In this document: one piece after another, positions 19,196 through 29,565 of the stretch
Numbering within the stretch: the stretch's first letter is position 1
Layout of the letters: each line of letters begins with the position of its first letter
IMG/VR virus record: IMGVR_UViG_3300043425_001539
Location: 174,476 to 238,475 of that record
Direction: 5' to 3' (one strand)
Length of the DNA stretch: 64,000 nucleotides
The notes under the pieces: generated by a model
Database searches by the model: none
Told to the model about the DNA's origin: nothing
The model's input: the letters and a program-made list of their open reading frames with translations, nothing else
Translations under genes and position numbers: made by a program

Positions 19196-19825
19196 CTAAT
19201 ATTGAATAAATCTTTTTATAGGAGCGTTATACCCTTGAATACCTAATTTGTCAACACCATGAACATATTTAACATTTAACCACTGCCGCATAACAATTTC
19301 AATACTATCTATCTTTTTGTTTGACATATGAAGCAATGATTTTTGCAAAGTTTCAACCCAAATATTTTTTAGGTTTCCTGGAAAAGAATAAAGAGTTGTT
19401 TCATATCCCCATTGTATATGATCATAAAAAGTAAATTTTTCCAGTGAAAAGTTATTAACATCAAAATTATCAGTTAAAGTGTATCTTCCTGACATTTTAA
19501 AAACAAGATCATATTCTTCAAGGGCTACGGCATTTGCCGTGTATATCATCATTACACACTCACCAGGTGATTTAGGCATACTATAAATTAATTTCTTTGC
19601 CTCAAAATCTTTTGCTGGCCTAATTAATTCATCATAATCAAAATTAAGTTCAGATATATCGGTTTCAGATCCTTCAACAAAAAATATTTTAGCCGAAGGA
19701 CATTTACTTCTAATTGATTTAAGCGTTTTATGCGTTTGTTCAATTCTTTCTTTAACACTGTATGCACTTGCTGAACCTCCTTGATAGGGTGTTATAAAAG
19801 ATCCTACAATAAAAGCTATTTTCAT
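19196..19825 (-). CDS. Hypothetical protein, possibly glycosyltransferase-like
   Basis: R..QT..TL.SIR..P, FVEGS and FKMSGRY motifs. Confidence 0.45.
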   Translation of the reverse strand: MKIAFIVGSFITPYQGGSASAYSVKERIEQTHKTLKSIRSKCPSAKIFFVEGSETDISELNFDYDELIRPAKDFEAKKLIYSMPKSPGECVMMIYTANAVALEEYDLVFKMSGRYTLTDNFDVNNFSLEKFTFYDHIQWGYETTLYSFPGNLKNIWVETLQKSLLHMSNKKIDSIEIVMRQWLNVKYVHGVDKLGIQGYNAPIKRFIQY

Positions 19826-21573
19826 ACTTTAATTATTCTATTTAAAAATTCTTCGGGAAATACACCTGTTTCTTTCATTATGTCTTCTAAACATGAATCC
19901 AAAAAATAAGTAACAGCCCAATCATTTTCGTTACGTATGCTTCGTCCAATTCCTTGCAAAATGTTAACTGATGTTTTCCAATTATACCATGAAGGATAAT
20001 GTTTTATTTTTTCTTTAACAAAGTTACTTGCAAGACTGGGATACGGTACCTTCAAGAAAATTTGCAATCTGCTAAAATCATCTTTAAGATCAAGACCTTC
20101 AAGTAATGAAGGTCCCATAACAATTTTATTTGATGTGTCATCGGCTAGACTACTTATTGCATTAATTTTTCCACCTGTGCCTTTATAAATTATAATTCTG
20201 TCTGTGTATTTTTTGTCCAGGTGATAGATAACCTTTTCAGTCAAAGAATATGAACCGCTATGAATAATTCCTGACATATTAGGATGTCTATCCAAAATTT
20301 TACCAATAAGATCGGCTAAATATGGTGCTTTGGCATCAACATTGTTATAACTTAAACGATTATTCTTAAGTAAATAAATAGGAGATTTTTCATAGTTAAA
20401 AGAATTCTTAAGCCTGTTATATCTTGCATTTTTGCCACCAATTGAATTTAAGAAAAAATCTGCTTTACCAAATGTTGCTGACATTAAAACTTTAAACCCA
20501 AATTTTTTGCTGAAATATCTATCAACCATAGATCCTTCGTCTACATAATTAAAAATTATTTCAGGTGTTCCTTTTAGTACAGGTATAACAGTTTTTACCA
20601 TTTTATCAACGCTTCCGTTTTCAAGAATTTTTAGGTAATCTTCTATCTTACAGCATATGTCAGCAATAAAATCAATTTGCTTAAGAGCTGACTTCCATTC
20701 GGGTGGCATTTTTTGCCATTCTTTAAATTTTTTACCCGCATCTTCAGAAACAATCCTATCTTTAAATCTTTGTTTAACAAGATATGAATATAATTTTTGT
20801 AAATGTGTTTTTAAGATTTTTTTGTCGGTTTCTTCCTCAATTAAAAATAGAAGAGACATTATGTTTGATGACAAAACTTCTCCGCCATATTTATTTCTTT
20901 TTTGGAAATTTTCTAAATTTTTAATTGCTGTCACAAATTCATGGTTTATTCTTGGCGAAAAGTGATCCTGCACAATATCAATAAGTCGATGTCCTTCGTC
21001 GCAAAACACAAAGTCTCTTGCAGGAAAAGGAACACCATATCCGTTTTTTTGTTGCTGTTCTTCAACATAATTGCGCTGAATTAAAGCATACGAATAATTT
21101 AATAAAGAAACTGGCGCTTCTATTGCTTTTTTGCGGTTAACAAGATATCCACAGCTTGACCAGCAAGGCAAAGATTCAGCATCTTCATAAGACATTTTTT
21201 GTAAACGGCATTCACCCATTGTAAACGGCATAGAATTTACCGAACATGTATATGTATCAGATCCTTTGATATTTCCCCAATTAAGTTTATATCTTTTAAA
21301 ATCTTTTACATACTGATCCTGTAAAGCAATTTCACTTGTAAGAATATATCCTCGTAAATTAATTGATTCAAAAAAAGCTGAACATATCATAGCAATATGA
21401 CTCTTTCCTGAACCTGTTGGCGCTTCACATATGTATGTAGTAATATCAGTGTTAAAATAAGTATCAATAATATCGACGACAGCTTCAAGCTGTCCTTTTC
21501 TAAACTTATAATCTTCACCAAACTTTTTATGTGTTATCTCAATGACACTTTTCTCAATTTCAGTACGATTCAT
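19822..21573 (-). CDS. DinG/Rad3-like SF2 helicase
   Basis: EAPTGSGKS, DEGH, MSAT, EGLD, KVPYP and QGIGRSIR motifs; Cys cluster. Confidence 0.88.
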   Translation of the reverse strand: MNRTEIEKSVIEITHKKFGEDYKFRKGQLEAVVDIIDTYFNTDITTYICEAPTGSGKSHIAMICSAFFESINLRGYILTSEIALQDQYVKDFKRYKLNWGNIKGSDTYTCSVNSMPFTMGECRLQKMSYEDAESLPCWSSCGYLVNRKKAIEAPVSLLNYSYALIQRNYVEEQQQKNGYGVPFPARDFVFCDEGHRLIDIVQDHFSPRINHEFVTAIKNLENFQKRNKYGGEVLSSNIMSLLFLIEEETDKKILKTHLQKLYSYLVKQRFKDRIVSEDAGKKFKEWQKMPPEWKSALKQIDFIADICCKIEDYLKILENGSVDKMVKTVIPVLKGTPEIIFNYVDEGSMVDRYFSKKFGFKVLMSATFGKADFFLNSIGGKNARYNRLKNSFNYEKSPIYLLKNNRLSYNNVDAKAPYLADLIGKILDRHPNMSGIIHSGSYSLTEKVIYHLDKKYTDRIIIYKGTGGKINAISSLADDTSNKIVMGPSLLEGLDLKDDFSRLQIFLKVPYPSLASNFVKEKIKHYPSWYNWKTSVNILQGIGRSIRNENDWAVTYFLDSCLEDIMKETGVFPEEFLNRIIKV

Positions 21574-21591
21574 AGTTATTGTGTTGATTAA

Positions 21592-22128
21592 TTACCACCA
21601 ATGTGGAGTGCGCCCTTCGGGCCATTTAGCAAAATTATGTTTGTATAGTTTATAATATTTTCGATATGCTTTGACGGCATCTTGATCTTTGCAATCTTCA
21701 GGCATTGCCTGTGCAAAAGGAGTTAAACCTAATTGTGGTAAATCAGGTATGTTTTTTGCGTACCATTCATTAATCTTTTCACACGCATGTTTTTTGCCAT
21801 ACCTCCTTGTGTATTCTTTACTCATTTCGCTGGTTAATTCAGTCAACCAATTATAGTTATCAAGAGATCTTGCAGCCCATTGAGTACAAGGATGATTGCG
21901 ATATCCTATACCATAAGGGTGTGGGTTTCCTTCTAGTGTTCTTGGAAACCCTTGAAAAGTTTTATTTACAAAATTTGCTGTAATATCGGACTTACGATTA
22001 ATGCCGCGTGCCGTATATGCTATTGATCCTAAAATTTGACAATGTTCAACCAACATCTTGACGAGGTGCTTGTTGCAGTGATATTGGGCGCAAAGCGCAG
22101 GATCGGTATCAAGAATAAATATGTTCAT
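21592..22128 (-). CDS. Pyrimidine-dimer DNA glycosylase (DenV-like family)
   Basis: MNIF.LD.DP..CA.YH..KH..KM..E..Q.L; NHPCT.W; QAMP. Confidence 0.75.
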   Translation of the reverse strand: MNIFILDTDPALCAQYHCNKHLVKMLVEHCQILGSIAYTARGINRKSDITANFVNKTFQGFPRTLEGNPHPYGIGYRNHPCTQWAARSLDNYNWLTELTSEMSKEYTRRYGKKHACEKINEWYAKNIPDLPQLGLTPFAQAMPEDCKDQDAVKAYRKYYKLYKHNFAKWPEGRTPHWW

Positions 22129-22343
22129 AAGAATAAATTATGACTGTTTAAATTATATTCTTATTTAAAATAAAGTTTTGTCTTTTTTGGAATTTTCTAA
22201 ATATAATTCATATTCTTGATAACTCATCCAAGCAGTTTCTCCAGTTGGAGCAATAACCAAATATCCGTTTTCATATTCATCTATGACCGTTAATTCCCAA
22301 ACTTCACAAAAATGATTATTTTCACAATTAATATTTTCCATAA

Positions 22344-22895
22344 TTAATCCGCTTCTACTTTTGAACCGTCTGGTCTGCTATAAACAATTTTTTCCGTTGC
22401 GGGCTTGATATTTTTAAAATTTTCGAATTTTTTGATATATTTCTCACCCATCCCTTTTTTAAGATAAGCTATCGTTACATGTGGATGATATTCGTCAAAA
22501 TAATTTGTATTTGGAAATTTTGCCAACTTTTGATTTATTTCATCAAGCAACGTTCCTTTGACATCAAATTTAAGTACATCATAATTATCATTATTAAATG
22601 TGGAGATCTTTGTTAATGTTATATCATCACCCAATGCTTCTTTACTAATATTAAGAATTTTAGTTATTTCAGCTGATGATAACTCTTTGTGCTTATCACC
22701 GTCGTGAATCCCATATAGTAGTGTAATATGAGGTTCATTTTCTAAACCGTTTTCATCTAAATCAGCAGCATCAATTTGTGCTTGTATTTCTTTAATCTCA
22801 GGAAGATTTAAAAATAACATTGAGCACCCATATTCATATTTTTCAAATAGAGCAATAAATTCTTCAAATAGCTTAATAAATTTTTTCTGTTGCAT
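22344..22895 (-). CDS. 2H phosphoesterase, Acb1/T4 57B-like (tagged); likely start at 22895
   Basis: Two HxT motifs: PHITLLYG and FDEYHPHVTIAY; N-terminus MQQKKFIKLFEEFI. Confidence 0.8.
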   Translation of the reverse strand: MQQKKFIKLFEEFIALFEKYEYGCSMLFLNLPEIKEIQAQIDAADLDENGLENEPHITLLYGIHDGDKHKELSSAEITKILNISKEALGDDITLTKISTFNNDNYDVLKFDVKGTLLDEINQKLAKFPNTNYFDEYHPHVTIAYLKKGMGEKYIKKFENFKNIKPATEKIVYSRPDGSKVEAD

Positions 22896-22896
22896 A

Positions 22897-23241
22897 CTAA
22901 ATAATTTTTTGTAAATGTTGTGGATGACATCTATATTCAATTGCATCAGTTCCTATACGCATATCAGAGTTTTCAATCTTCCAACGAATAGTTACGTCTT
23001 CAAATGCAACAATTGATCCTACTTGTCCATATGAACCTGAGTAAGGATCAACACACCTTACTTTATCTCCGATAGAAAAATTAGCCATTGACTGTGAATC
23101 ATCTAAATATTCATCATAACTATTATTAACAACGTTATGTCCTATGCTACCTACCTGTGCGTTTGGTTTTGCCCAAGCTGGCAAAACACCATTTCCTTGT
23201 ATTTGTTCAAACTCTTCAAAAAGTTTTATGTGTTGTTTCAT
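22897..23241 (-). CDS. Tagged protein with an SH3/KOW-like C-terminal domain
   Basis: MKQHIKLFEEFE; FSIGDKVRC..YGQVGSIV. Confidence 0.55.
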   Translation of the reverse strand: MKQHIKLFEEFEQIQGNGVLPAWAKPNAQVGSIGHNVVNNSYDEYLDDSQSMANFSIGDKVRCVDPYSGSYGQVGSIVAFEDVTIRWKIENSDMRIGTDAIEYRCHPQHLQKII

Positions 23242-23256
23242 TGGTATGTATTTATT

Positions 23257-23727
23257 TTATATCAATTTATTATTTGTATACGAATAGTCTAAATCATCTA
23301 TCTCATCTTTTAACTTTGCTATCTGATTTACTTTACTCGTATCTCCGTTTTCTTGATATTTAATTTGCAATGCCATTAAATCATTAAAGGCATTATGTAT
23401 TTTTACTCTATCTTTTGAGTTAACCGCAGCAATTATTTTATCACCCAATTTTTTGTCTATTTCTGGATGGTCATCAAGAATTTCTTCAATTGATGCTTTT
23501 CTCTTAGAAACTTTTTTATCAATTTTTTCTTCCTCCTCTTCCTTTTTCTTTTTTATTGCCTTCTTTTCCTTTTTAAAAGGATCTTCTTCATCGGATTTTG
23601 ATTTATCCTTTTTATCTGAATCATCAGATTTATCTTTGTTATCAGATTTTTCTTTATCTTTATTTAAAAAAGCCAACGGATCTTCTTCTGTAATAAAATC
23701 TTCAAACAATTTAATGTATTGTTTCAT
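23257..23727 (-). CDS. Tagged acidic/lysine-rich putative internal head protein
   Basis: MKQYIKLFEDFITE-E; GATATATA motif 4 nt upstream. Confidence 0.6.
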   Translation of the reverse strand: MKQYIKLFEDFITEEDPLAFLNKDKEKSDNKDKSDDSDKKDKSKSDEEDPFKKEKKAIKKKKEEEEEKIDKKVSKRKASIEEILDDHPEIDKKLGDKIIAAVNSKDRVKIHNAFNDLMALQIKYQENGDTSKVNQIAKLKDEIDDLDYSYTNNKLI

Positions 23728-23739
23728 AGTTTATATATC

Positions 23740-24345
23740 TTATATTATATCGGTTGACTCAATTAACGTATAAGAAAAACTGTTGCCGTGAATCTTTGCA
23801 GCTTTTTTGCATATTCTCATAAATTCATCAAAATCTTTAACGCGTTTAAACACTTGGCATCCTTCTGACCAATTTTCAACCCACGTTGAATCTTGACCCG
23901 CTTTATGAATGTTTATGCCAAACATTCCCGTATCAGTAACCTGTTCAGAAAAATTCATGTTACGGTCAGCGTCTCGATAAACTGTCACATTGCCGTTTCT
24001 TTGACATAAAGCATCGTATTTGCCTTGATGTTTATCTATTCGCCAGACTCCTAAATATTGATTGGGAACCAATCGAGCAACTCCTCTACGATTTGAAAAC
24101 TCAATTACTCCTTTTTTTCCTGGGTCAGTAGTTGCATTCCAGCAGAAAAATTTCCAAACACCCAATTCATCTTTATAACTAATAGTTAAATAATCATCAA
24201 ATACATTTGTTACTTTGTCAGCAATTAAAGGAGCATTGTTTCTTACACCAACAATATTTACATTGTAAGATTCGTTGGCATCATCATTAAACCATCTGTA
24301 ACCTTTTTTGGTAACCGCCGCCTTGATTTGATTGAGTGTGTACAT
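23740..24345 (-). CDS. YkuD/L,D-transpeptidase-like putative peptidoglycan enzyme
   Basis: GINIH..SEGCQ His/Cys motif. Confidence 0.55.
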   Translation of the reverse strand: MYTLNQIKAAVTKKGYRWFNDDANESYNVNIVGVRNNAPLIADKVTNVFDDYLTISYKDELGVWKFFCWNATTDPGKKGVIEFSNRRGVARLVPNQYLGVWRIDKHQGKYDALCQRNGNVTVYRDADRNMNFSEQVTDTGMFGINIHKAGQDSTWVENWSEGCQVFKRVKDFDEFMRICKKAAKIHGNSFSYTLIESTDII

Positions 24346-24360
24346 AATTCAAATATTTTT

Positions 24361-24639
24361 TTACTTAATATCAATCTTGATATTATTAAATTGAATACTC
24401 TGTAAACCTGAATATTCTTTCTTTAATTTTGTAATATTTGCCTGATCTTGCAAAAGACCAACAATTAAGGATGTATCAATACTTTTTAATGTTCCATCCG
24501 AAGAAATGGTTAAAACGCCATTTTTATATGATACATCCTTAATTATATTTGAATTTGATAATATTCCTCCAATTAATTTCTCAAACTTTTCCCCACTTTC
24601 CGATTGTGATTCATTAAGAAATTCCAAAAATGATAACAT
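24361..24639 (-). CDS. Small tagged protein
   Basis: MLSFLEFLNE-S. Confidence 0.55.
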   Translation of the reverse strand: MLSFLEFLNESQSESGEKFEKLIGGILSNSNIIKDVSYKNGVLTISSDGTLKSIDTSLIVGLLQDQANITKLKKEYSGLQSIQFNNIKIDIK

Positions 24640-24687
24640 TGTATAGATTTGTTTTATTTATTTATCCTTACACAATGTTTCATATTA

Positions 24688-27600
24688 TCATACTTTTAAG
24701 AATTTCTCAATTCCTTGAATAACCATATCGGGCGTAATTGATGTTGAGCATTCAAACATTCTTGAAGTATTTTTGTGATCAGGACACCAATTCCAATCTC
24801 CTGCATCAAGACGATATCTGTTAAAACAGCTGTTACATTTTTCAGGATTAAAAATTCTCACAACATCATCACCTATAAATTCGGTTTTAGGATCGCTGAA
24901 CCCAGATATTAAAACTACTGGTGTACCTGCAGCCCAAGCAAGCCAGCTTAATCCTGAACCCATACCTATATAAAATTCGGCATGTCTTAAATCATTAATC
25001 CTATCGGCAAAATCATAATCACCTGTTTTATCAATAATACCTGTAGGTGGAAGATTGCCCATAAATTCACCTGATTCTTTGGAGATCAAGACAACCTGAT
25101 AACCTAAGTTTTTGAGATAGTCAACTATTCTTTGCCAGCCCCCTGGGTAATTCCAATATTTTGCTTGGGCGGTTGAATGTATTCCTATACAAACGTATTT
25201 CCCTTGAATGCTTCTTTCTTGTTGCGGCGCATAAACTTTTGGTCTAACTTGTTTGTACTCCAGCCCTAAAATATCTGCGGCAGTTTTTTGCATTTCTTGA
25301 TCTCTAAAATCATTGGGATGTTTAATCTCACTAAATTTATCACTGTCGCCGTCATAGAACCATCCAATATTATATTGAGCAATAATGTTATGAACACTTA
25401 CACCTCGTTCAACAAATTCCAATTCTGGATATTGCCCAACAAATAGTTCGTTGTGAAAAGTCGAGACAATTACTTTGCAATCATGTTTTTTTCTAAATTC
25501 ATCAGCATATCCAATCCAAGCAAGAGTATCACCCAAAGAAGACGAATCAAAGCAAATAAATACTCTTTGATTTTTTAAGTTAATTCTTTGATCATATATT
25601 ACTTGTCCGTTTGATATGTCAGTGATCATAATTCTCCAATCCGTATACCACTCTCGGCTTGCTTTTGTCCAACAATTATTTTCAATCGTTGATGAATAAA
25701 TAACCTTTTCAGTTTTCTGATCAATAAATTTGACTAGGTATTTTCCAGGTATCTGATCTTTAATTTCAACAAACGGTCCATTAATATTATGTACTATAAT
25801 TTTTCGAGTAATGTTGGAAATATTTTGAAAATCATTAATATCCAACACTTGAATTACGTCCCAGTTCTTTACCACAATATCTCCCATTTTGGATAATTTG
25901 CCAATAAACCTTGATTGTTCAAAAGAAGGTAATTGTATTTCAATTCCAATGTAAGGAAAATTCAAAAACCGGCCAATTGCAAAGTGTTTAACTTCTTTTC
26001 CTATATTAAACGAAAAGAATTTATTTCCTGCTTTAAGCCTAACTTTAATTTCATAATCAGTTGTTCCAAAAAACGATAAAATAAATTTCTGAGTTGACTT
26101 TTCTTGTGTTATCGCATAATGCAATTTGTCTTTACCTAAATTAAAAAAAGAATGCGTTTGCAAGGATTCAGTATCTTTGATTATTTCTGCAGTATCAAGA
26201 GGAGGTAACACACATAAATCAACATTTTCTTTTTGCATAAGATTACTCATAAACTCTTCAAATAAAACTCCGTAATTATAGTAATCATTAATCGAATTAA
26301 TTTTATTAAACACTTTTTTAAGTTTGCGAGTTTTCACACTAAAAAAGCCCCAATCGTTTCCCTTTGCCGATTCTGCTTGATATGTTATACAACCTATGCC
26401 ATCCATTGTTCTTAACGCTTTAGAATGACTCTGTATGACTTCCATATTTTGGATGTAATAATCATAATTCATAAAATGAACAACATCGTGCCCTTTAGAG
26501 AGTGCAAAGTCCAAACCGTTTTTAACCAAAGAAAAAATTGCTGGCCCGTAATTGACTTGATATGGCATTATAATACTCACCAAATCATCAGAGTACTTAT
26601 ACACAGGAACGGGATAATTTAACGTTGCAGCGGTTTCTTGTGTTATTACAAAATTATTTGAATCAATAATTGTAAAGTTAGCAGGCGATTCTTCGTTAAT
26701 GTGAGTTGACAAAACAGTTGTGTAACCTTCCTTTTTAAGATGATTGACAAGGTCAACCATTTTCATCTTTTTCACAAGTGTATCTGCGTGCGACAGGACG
26801 ACCACACATTCACCTAGTTGCTTAATATTAACAGGTGATAATTTTTCATTTATAAATGATAAACCTTGCTTAACTGCGTTTTCCCAGGTAAATTGCTCTC
26901 TTAAGGCATATGAATCTTGAACTGCTTTTGCTTTTAGAACTGAATAATTTTCATATGCATAACGCATTTTCCGGGCAAAGTCTCTATAATTAGGTTGTGC
27001 ATAATATCCTGGAATTTCAGTTCCCGCTCTTGCCTGAACATTATATGTGTCACCGCTTAAACATTCAACTAGTCCCACAGTTTCAACAGGAATACCTCTC
27101 CCCGCAGCAAATTCCAATTGAGCGCCGTAATCAGTATATAAAGCGGGAGTGCCTGCAGCCATTGCTTCAATCAAAGGAATATTCCAACCTTCCGATCTTG
27201 CACATGTTAACATTACATGTCCATTCTTGATATACTTGATGTAGTCTTGTCGGCTGACAAAATGTTTAACCTTGATCCTTTCGTCAATAAATCCATAATG
27301 TTCCAGTCTTTCTTCGGTACTATTCATCCCATCAACTGAATATGGATTATCCACGCTAATAATCAGGTCAACTGGCTCGTCTTTGTTAAATTCTTTTAAA
27401 AATGCCGCAATCATTTCAGGAATAGATTTTCTAAAATCCCATCGTCCAAAAATATTAAACTTGAAACGCCCATATTGATATTCGTCAAAATCAGGATCAA
27501 ACGAATCGGGAAAAAAATCTGCGTCCACTGCTTCATTGACCACATGAATACGTGAAATAGGATATCCTTGTTCAGATAAAACTTGTTTATGCCATTCCGT

Positions 27601-28044
27601 AACAACCCAAACAAAATCAAAGTTATTGATTAGTTGTTCTACAAAATAATCAGGCAATCTTGTGCTTTCCCAAACCGTATATGCAATCTTGAGGCGCGAA
27701 TCAAACTTTTCATAAAAGTAATGGTGATTCATATCCATCAAGACAATGTCCACGTCGGGTTGAAACTTGTCTTTAGGTGTAGTAAATTGGAAATCTTTAA
27801 AATGCGAATGTTCATCAATTGGAAAATCCGCATACTTATCTGGGCCAGTTGTAAGCGTGATTGTTTCCAGGATACTTAAATCGGTTTCATTGAGATAACT
27901 GGGGTTTTCGTCCCAAGTGTAATTCCTAACTCGTAAATTTACATGTTTTGAGAGTTCTCTGAAAAATCCACGGGCATGTGCATTATAGCCTGTCTTGCCT
28001 AAATAACAAGTGTGTGCTCTTACATTAATTGCGTTCTTATTCAT
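24688..28044 (-). CDS. Multidomain glycosyltransferase: GT4 domain plus TibC/Aah-like (GT9-type) heptosyltransferase domain
   Basis: RWDFRK and SEGWNIPLIEAMAAG (GT4); SLGDTLAW, TAQAKYWN, GMGSGLSWLAWA and CNSC..C..C in the C-terminal part. Confidence 0.82.
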   Translation of the reverse strand: MNKNAINVRAHTCYLGKTGYNAHARGFFRELSKHVNLRVRNYTWDENPSYLNETDLSILETITLTTGPDKYADFPIDEHSHFKDFQFTTPKDKFQPDVDIVLMDMNHHYFYEKFDSRLKIAYTVWESTRLPDYFVEQLINNFDFVWVVTEWHKQVLSEQGYPISRIHVVNEAVDADFFPDSFDPDFDEYQYGRFKFNIFGRWDFRKSIPEMIAAFLKEFNKDEPVDLIISVDNPYSVDGMNSTEERLEHYGFIDERIKVKHFVSRQDYIKYIKNGHVMLTCARSEGWNIPLIEAMAAGTPALYTDYGAQLEFAAGRGIPVETVGLVECLSGDTYNVQARAGTEIPGYYAQPNYRDFARKMRYAYENYSVLKAKAVQDSYALREQFTWENAVKQGLSFINEKLSPVNIKQLGECVVVLSHADTLVKKMKMVDLVNHLKKEGYTTVLSTHINEESPANFTIIDSNNFVITQETAATLNYPVPVYKYSDDLVSIIMPYQVNYGPAIFSLVKNGLDFALSKGHDVVHFMNYDYYIQNMEVIQSHSKALRTMDGIGCITYQAESAKGNDWGFFSVKTRKLKKVFNKINSINDYYNYGVLFEEFMSNLMQKENVDLCVLPPLDTAEIIKDTESLQTHSFFNLGKDKLHYAITQEKSTQKFILSFFGTTDYEIKVRLKAGNKFFSFNIGKEVKHFAIGRFLNFPYIGIEIQLPSFEQSRFIGKLSKMGDIVVKNWDVIQVLDINDFQNISNITRKIIVHNINGPFVEIKDQIPGKYLVKFIDQKTEKVIYSSTIENNCWTKASREWYTDWRIMITDISNGQVIYDQRINLKNQRVFICFDSSSLGDTLAWIGYADEFRKKHDCKVIVSTFHNELFVGQYPELEFVERGVSVHNIIAQYNIGWFYDGDSDKFSEIKHPNDFRDQEMQKTAADILGLEYKQVRPKVYAPQQERSIQGKYVCIGIHSTAQAKYWNYPGGWQRIVDYLKNLGYQVVLISKESGEFMGNLPPTGIIDKTGDYDFADRINDLRHAEFYIGMGSGLSWLAWAAGTPVVLISGFSDPKTEFIGDDVVRIFNPEKCNSCFNRYRLDAGDWNWCPDHKNTSRMFECSTSITPDMVIQGIEKFLKV

Positions 28045-28096
28045 TGTGAAGTTAACTGTTCTAAAATAGTTTTATTCAAATTATATATTGTAGTTC

Positions 28097-28453
28097 TTAA
28101 ACTTCACCAAATTCTTTAATCTTTTCAAACAATTCATCAAGAGTGTGATCACACTTAGCGTTTTTAAGTTTGTTTTGTTTGGCCTTTAACATTTGCAAGT
28201 TGCAAGGATGCGCAATATAAAACGGATTTATCTTGTCTTTAAATCCTTGTGAAATACTATACTTGTGATCCACATGATTAGCCTTCCAACCGCGCTTAAG
28301 ATTTTTGGGATTAATCTCGTTTTTAAATAATTCGTAATTTCTTTCGGTTAATGCTCTCACAAAAATCTGATAATCTTCACGGCTTTCAAACAATTCCTCG
28401 TAATTTTCGCGGTATGTTTCAAAATTTATCAAATTGGCATTTAACATGTTCAA
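28097..28453 (-). CDS. HNH-like endonuclease domain protein
   Basis: HVDHKYSI..HPCNLQML....N. Confidence 0.55.
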   Translation of the reverse strand: MNMLNANLINFETYRENYEELFESREDYQIFVRALTERNYELFKNEINPKNLKRGWKANHVDHKYSISQGFKDKINPFYIAHPCNLQMLKAKQNKLKNAKCDHTLDELFEKIKEFGEV

Positions 28454-28488
28454 AATGTATCTGTTATAAGCTATGCAATAACAGATGA

Positions 28489-29565
28489 TTATTTTAAGAG
28501 AGATTTGGCTAAAGCAACATACTCTTGAATGACTTTTCTCACCTTTTCAATGGTTTTAATTGCTTCGGGTGATTCAGCTTTATTAAACTTGGATGCATTA
28601 AACATCTTCATCATTTTTTCTTCGTATCTTGCAACAACTGCGCGATAAAATTCATCAGCTGATTTGTATTTAATGGTTGTTCCAAATTCGCCCAACTGTT
28701 CAAGTGTTTCACCTAAACCACGAATACCTTCACAAAGATCTTCAAACTTAGGACTGTTGGCATTCATACCTCGCCAATTTGCTAAGCGGGATGCAGGCTC
28801 ATATTTTTGTGATGTTCCTGATTGTTCCCAAAAGAATTTGCCAATATCACGGATAAAGTTTTGTGCATCCGCAGTTATAAGAATATCATCAACACCCGCT
28901 CTTTTGCTATACGGCGCCATCACTTGTCCGTTAAATTTGGCACGTACACCTCTTGCTTGAATTGAAATGTCAAGAACCTCACCTAATGATGAATAGAGAT
29001 TACCCAAGACAAATCCTTTAACATTTCGTATAGGTGTCATTCGGAAAAGTGTCCATTGAGTGTATTCTTGAGGTGTAACTACCAAATCCACTTGTACGTA
29101 TCCCACACCGCCGTTGCGCATTGCAACCTCCAATATCAATTTAAGTGACGCATCACTTGATACTGCTTGACTTTCCTCCAGGTCAACCTCTGGAATCTTA
29201 GCAGACTTCAACCAATCCATAAATTCAGAATTATACAATTTGGTAGAAGAGATTTCGTTGTTGCGTTCGTTGGCGTCCAATGCAAGAGTGGGATAACCTA
29301 CCAAATAGTCAACATCACCATATGTCTTGTCGGGTTGATTCTCTAAATCTTCGGTCCACCAAGTTCCACTTCCAATCGGGCGAACAAAATCCAGCGGCGG
29401 CAGACCAATACTGGCCAAATGCTGATTGAATCCTTTGGAGATTTTTTCCATAAGTTTAACCACTTCACCAATTACATCAGGTGTAATACTGGTGCCTTGC
29501 GTTTTGGTAGTGGCCCATCCGCCTTCAGCGATAAATTCTTCAAATAGTTTTATGTATAGTTTCAT
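28489..29565 (-). CDS. Pol-beta-fold nucleotidyltransferase (tagged)
   Basis: IGSG..YGDVD..VQVD catalytic pattern; N-terminus MKLYIKLFEEFIAE-G. Confidence 0.65.
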   Translation of the reverse strand: MKLYIKLFEEFIAEGGWATTKTQGTSITPDVIGEVVKLMEKISKGFNQHLASIGLPPLDFVRPIGSGTWWTEDLENQPDKTYGDVDYLVGYPTLALDANERNNEISSTKLYNSEFMDWLKSAKIPEVDLEESQAVSSDASLKLILEVAMRNGGVGYVQVDLVVTPQEYTQWTLFRMTPIRNVKGFVLGNLYSSLGEVLDISIQARGVRAKFNGQVMAPYSKRAGVDDILITADAQNFIRDIGKFFWEQSGTSQKYEPASRLANWRGMNANSPKFEDLCEGIRGLGETLEQLGEFGTTIKYKSADEFYRAVVARYEEKMMKMFNASKFNKAESPEAIKTIEKVRKVIQEYVALAKSLLK

